A stretch of 64,000 bases of DNA from Tubiluchus corallicola (taxonomy: Eukaryota > Animalia > Priapulida), in NCBI GenBank assembly GCA_030141605.1, contig JAQGDQ010000265.1, positions 62,001 to 126,000 of the forward strand. Direction: 5' to 3'. Each line of letters begins with the position of its first letter. Position 1 is the stretch's first letter. Made by a program: the position numbers and the translations under genes. Shown piece after piece: positions 61,101 to 64,000 of this stretch. The notes below the pieces were generated by a model that searched no databases, was not told the DNA's origin, and saw nothing but the letters and a program-made list of their open reading frames with translations.

Positions 61101-63597
61101 CAATAGTTTATACTTAGCCTTACTGTATTGTGCATTATCTGTATTCATTGTATTTATGTGGTCCTTAGTGAATCCTTAAATCATTATACCATTACTTGGC
61201 TAATTTAAGTTACAAAGATAATGTCTCTTGTATTGAGCTTATTTGTCAGTTATGAAGATTTAGTATGAAAGTCCTTGCCAATGGTATTTTAAAATGTCTT
61301 CATTAACTTCAAATTTATCATTCTATAAACACTTTTTTCTTCAAATCTTGTTAGCTTAGACAGAGCACGAATAGGTAAATATTTCTCTTATGTCAATTCA
61401 AATAACATAAAATATAGACTGATTTCTTGTTTGAATATTGTGTAGGAGAGTGAAGGCCATACTCGCCCATCTGGTCCGTTGCATTGGGGGAGAGGCTCGG
61501 TCAAGACACTCAACTGGCGGTCAAGACGAAGATGATCTAGACGAACATACCATTGAGAGACAACGGGCATTTACTCGTTCCAGAACTTTATCCATAGGTA
61601 TTAGCTTTGTTGTAATGCCTCTTGAGATTTGCAATTTCACCCAATGATGAACTTTAGTTGAAATTAAACAAAAGGATGTAAAAGATGTTTTTTTATTTGA
61701 GTTGAAATAGAGTTTTTGTAGCTTTGATTTATTTTTTATATCTTTTTTTGATAAGAAACATGATGCTGCAAGTCATTAGAAGTCATTGCGAACTGGCATA
61801 TCTTGGTATGCTTGCACTTCGGCAAGTGCATATTTTTTTACTTTTTCATCTATTTGGACTTCATTTTCATCACAAATTTACAAATTTTTTAAACAGAAAA
61901 TATGTGTGTAAAACCAGCATCCTAACAGAGTTCATTTAAACAGATGTGCATGTATTGTTCTTGAAACCAATTTTGTTTATTGTTGGTGTTGTTACACAAA
62001 CTAACATATAATGTCAAGTTTATAAATACGAACTATTATTAAACTAATATTTTATTTTGAATGCACAGCAAATATTTGCTTGGCTTGTTTTGTTTTCATT
62101 ATTGGTACACCTGCACTTTTCTAGAAGACAACAACATAAACTGTTCTTTAATTCTTTCATCCTTTAAGCAAGGTCAAAAATTAGCAGCTAAAATGAAACA
62201 TTGTGTCAGTTAAGATCAAAAATTCATCATTAAAATGAAATGTTAATCATGAGGTGAAGGCACATTTGACAAAATTTCATTTTCTTTACAACTATCACTA
62301 AGTGTTGTTACTGTACTACATTGTTAATTGCAGGTAGTCCAACTGAAAATGGCCCCATGCCAGAAACTGAAATTCACTCAGATTATGTAGAGATAACGTC
62401 TGTTCCACCGCTGCCTCTATTTGCATTGCTTCAAGCTGACAAAATAGCCAACCTCAGTGTCAATATCCATGGACAGATCGAATCGGAAAAAGGAGATGTA
62501 AGCATCAAACGATATGATTTTTTGCTGTGCTTTTTGCTTTTATACCATTTATTTTATATATTTATATTGTGTTTTGAAACACAAAAGCTTAGTGTTAATG
62601 ACATTTGAGTTTTCGTTGCTTAGTTTTGAAAAATATCGTAGTTTTTAACTTTAGTATATATAAGGTTTGATGTAAGACAAAAGATGTAACTAGAGGTTTG
62701 GTATTAGTGGTGGTGGTGGTAGTCATGCTGGTAGAGCGGTCGTGCTGGTGGTAGTGGCAGTGGCGGCAGCAGCAATGGCAATGAGGAGGAGGGGAAGAAG
62801 AGAACGGATAAAAAGTTACTTGGAGTAAACAAGAATTTGTCACATGTTGAGACCTGCTTGCAGTGAACCAGACTGTATAAACAAAGAGTGAGATTTTGTA
62901 TTGTGGTGAACAAGCATTTTTTTGGCACTTCTGCATTTATTTAGGAATACAGCACTTTGTTTGATGGGGGAAACGAGACTGACGAAGAAGACCCATTCGT
63001 CATTGGTAGCCCCGCACGTAACAGAGTTAAGTCGGGAGGACAAGCTCAAAATCCAAATTATTTTGGTCCACAACAGGTATGCACATTACTTTGTTTTATA
63101 GTATTAACTTTAAATTTTTTGAGGTTTTTAACTGTTTCTTAGGATTTTTGTTTTTGATGCATTATTTGGCTGCAGTGCCTTATAAATCTGCTTAAAATTT
63201 CCCAGTGGCTGCTCTTGTTTTTAATAAAATAAAATTAGAATTTTTTAATCTACATTTGTTTGTACTTATTAAATGAGCTTTGCTTTATTTATCATAAAAA
63301 ACATTAAAACTTTACTCATAAATGCATTTTTAGGGTTTCATGGCTTTGACACATTTCTTGATGTTATTATTAAGTTTTTTTTGCAGAATACATGAAGCTA
63401 CTTCCTTTTAATAAATAACTTTGTTTATGTTTTGCTAGTAATTACAATTGCATTTTTACAGACTCAGTTGCTAACCAAGTACCTTACATACACCCTTCTG
63501 CCAGGTCTGTCTAGGATGGAACAGATGCATCTGCTTGCTATTGCTGATACAGTAGCATCAACGGATGCTGACATAGGTGATCGGTATGATGGAGATG
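34198..63597 (+). CDS. DMXL2: DmX-like protein / Rabconnectin-3A (WD40), 5' 28 exons; continues beyond the window
   Basis: Starts MNRHQVLTGAVNSGD. Exons 34198-34284, 39012-39137, 40136-40207, 41029-41107, 42195-42462, 43301-43407, 43722-43854, 44181-44366, 45304-45512, 46011-46121, 46610-46756, 47436-47749, 49128-49240, 49477-50142, 50685-50823, 51798-51947, 52292-52532, 54969-55180, 55677-55920, 56598-57032, 57825-58180, 59006-59091, 59689-59845, 60753-60850, 61446-61597, 62334-62497, 62945-63076, 63462-63597. Motifs YLAHPRAVTGFSWR, FHLAASINPATDIP, GHRFRTNDIKCHPVLPLLLTTSHHN, PAAGHLSSSSIYP, ECESTGGSEW, LDWVSTEDGSHIL, LPQYHPKQ, LPGLSRMEQM. Probably co-orthologous to vertebrate DMXL1 and DMXL2, so the symbol is nominal. 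Confidence 0.94.
34610..35050 (+). mobile_element. Decayed LINE 3' fragment (CR1/L2 group)
   Basis: Broken translation NSYCLPILLYGYEI, RVSWNCA and IFDFKQNESVKLLMYYCGTMP resembles the post-RT C-terminus of CR1/L2-group LINEs. Confidence 0.6.
35688..37132 (-). mobile_element. Internally deleted (non-autonomous) hAT transposon, 1445 bp
   Basis: TIRs CATAGACGTACGGGG / CCCCGTACGCCAATG (2 mismatches). Perfect 8-bp TSD ATCACATT (35680-35687, 37133-37140). Retains the hAT dimerisation domain coding remnant. Confidence 0.92.
36249..36600 (-). pseudogene. hAT transposase C-terminal dimerisation-domain remnant
   Basis: ILASIPATSCSAERSFSALRRLKTYLRSTMGQARLSNLAVLNIER in ORF 36249-36716. No catalytic region is present. 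Confidence 0.88.
38500..38795. repeat. GT/TGG-rich low-complexity tract
   Basis: Imperfect (TGG)n/(TG)n mixture preceded by short (CAT)n. It accounts for the spurious His/Thr ORF 38569-38796. Confidence 0.85.
44572..44629. repeat. Perfect 29-bp tandem duplication
   Basis: TGATCAAGAAAGTTAAAGGCACTTATTTG x2. Confidence 0.9.
58480..58875 (+). mobile_element. RTE-clade LINE 3' end remnant
   Basis: Broken translation RKLSWLDHVSK...ILREVMRIEAVGRS...GRPNKLW...VKRDM resembles the RTE C-terminus (RLRWFGHV...GRPxxTW). Followed by GGCGTAAAATG and a degenerate (GAT)n tail. Confidence 0.65.
60900..61075 (+). mobile_element. Penelope-like element GIY-YIG C-terminal remnant
   Basis: Translation SKVA*YADSYKHAIDFNNAKIL...RKLAE...RNKRGVN resembles the S.iaeH....H.idf.n.kIl....R..lE motif of Penelope endonucleases. 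In-frame stops. Confidence 0.55.
62705..62805. repeat. (TGG)n / (GCA/GGA)-rich low-complexity tract
   Basis: GTGGTGGTGGTGGTAG...GGCAGCAGCAATGGCAATGAGGAGGAGG in a DMXL intron. Confidence 0.7.
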
Positions 63598-64000
63598 GTG
63601 AGTTGGACATCATCATAACTATAATGAGATTTTGACATAATTATTTTCTCATTATTGGTGTTTCAACAGGCAGTTTTAATTAACAAAAGCATGTCTTTGT
63701 ATTAAAATTTTGATATTAAGGGAATTTTTATGGAAAATCATTTTTGTATCTTAATAAGGGATGCTAATAAGGATTGTTTTCGTTAAAAACATTTCATTCT
63801 ATATTCAATTTGACTGATTTAAAAATTTAAAAGAAGGGGAAATAAAGGAAAATTGCAGTGCAAGGAAATTATTTCTTTATTACTGCATTTTTCTATGATG
63901 TAGCATGTTATTTATTTGTAAATCTATTTATCTATTGTGTTTATAATTTAAATTTGTGAATGAGAATATGGTGCTGATTCGGTATTGACGTATTAGGGTT

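Noticed and set aside
4095-63073. Numerous 60-150 aa ORFs antisense to, or overlapping, real exons and introns
   Set aside because: No recognisable motifs. They are explained as shadow frames of real CDS or chance ORFs in AT-rich introns.
63993-64000. Telomeric TTAGGG at the window end
   Set aside because: A single unit inside a DMXL intron; no array is visible.

Overview
AT-rich, intron-rich genomic DNA from an animal, probably a bilaterian invertebrate; the taxon cannot be fixed from the sequence. Five host genes were reconstructed by hand. (1) A multi-exon fidgetin-like 1 AAA ATPase (FIGNL1, + strand, 899-27304). (2) An LRR + calponin-homology gene with an intronless CDS (LRCH, 4028-6298), nested on the same strand in the large first FIGNL1 intron. 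(3) A CYP3-clan cytochrome P450 with an intronless CDS (16744-18267), nested antisense in another FIGNL1 intron. (4) Cyclophilin B (PPIB, - strand, 29077-33893). (5) The 5' part of DmX-like/Rabconnectin-3A (DMXL, + strand, from 34198, running off the window). PPIB and DMXL are head-to-head across about 300 bp that contains a perfect ER-stress response element. Mobile DNA includes an intact 3.3 kb hAT transposon (perfect 15-bp TIRs, 8-bp TSD), an internally deleted hAT, pogo/Tigger-like and Harbinger-like MITEs, and decayed LINE, RTE and Penelope fragments. The most unusual feature is the nested FIGNL1 locus, including a candidate tandem-donor/micro-exon arrangement that could put FIGNL1 exon 1 in frame with either FIGNL1 or the nested LRCH. 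That last point is a hypothesis only. All exon models are manual (GT-AG, phase and recalled homology) and are not transcript-verified.
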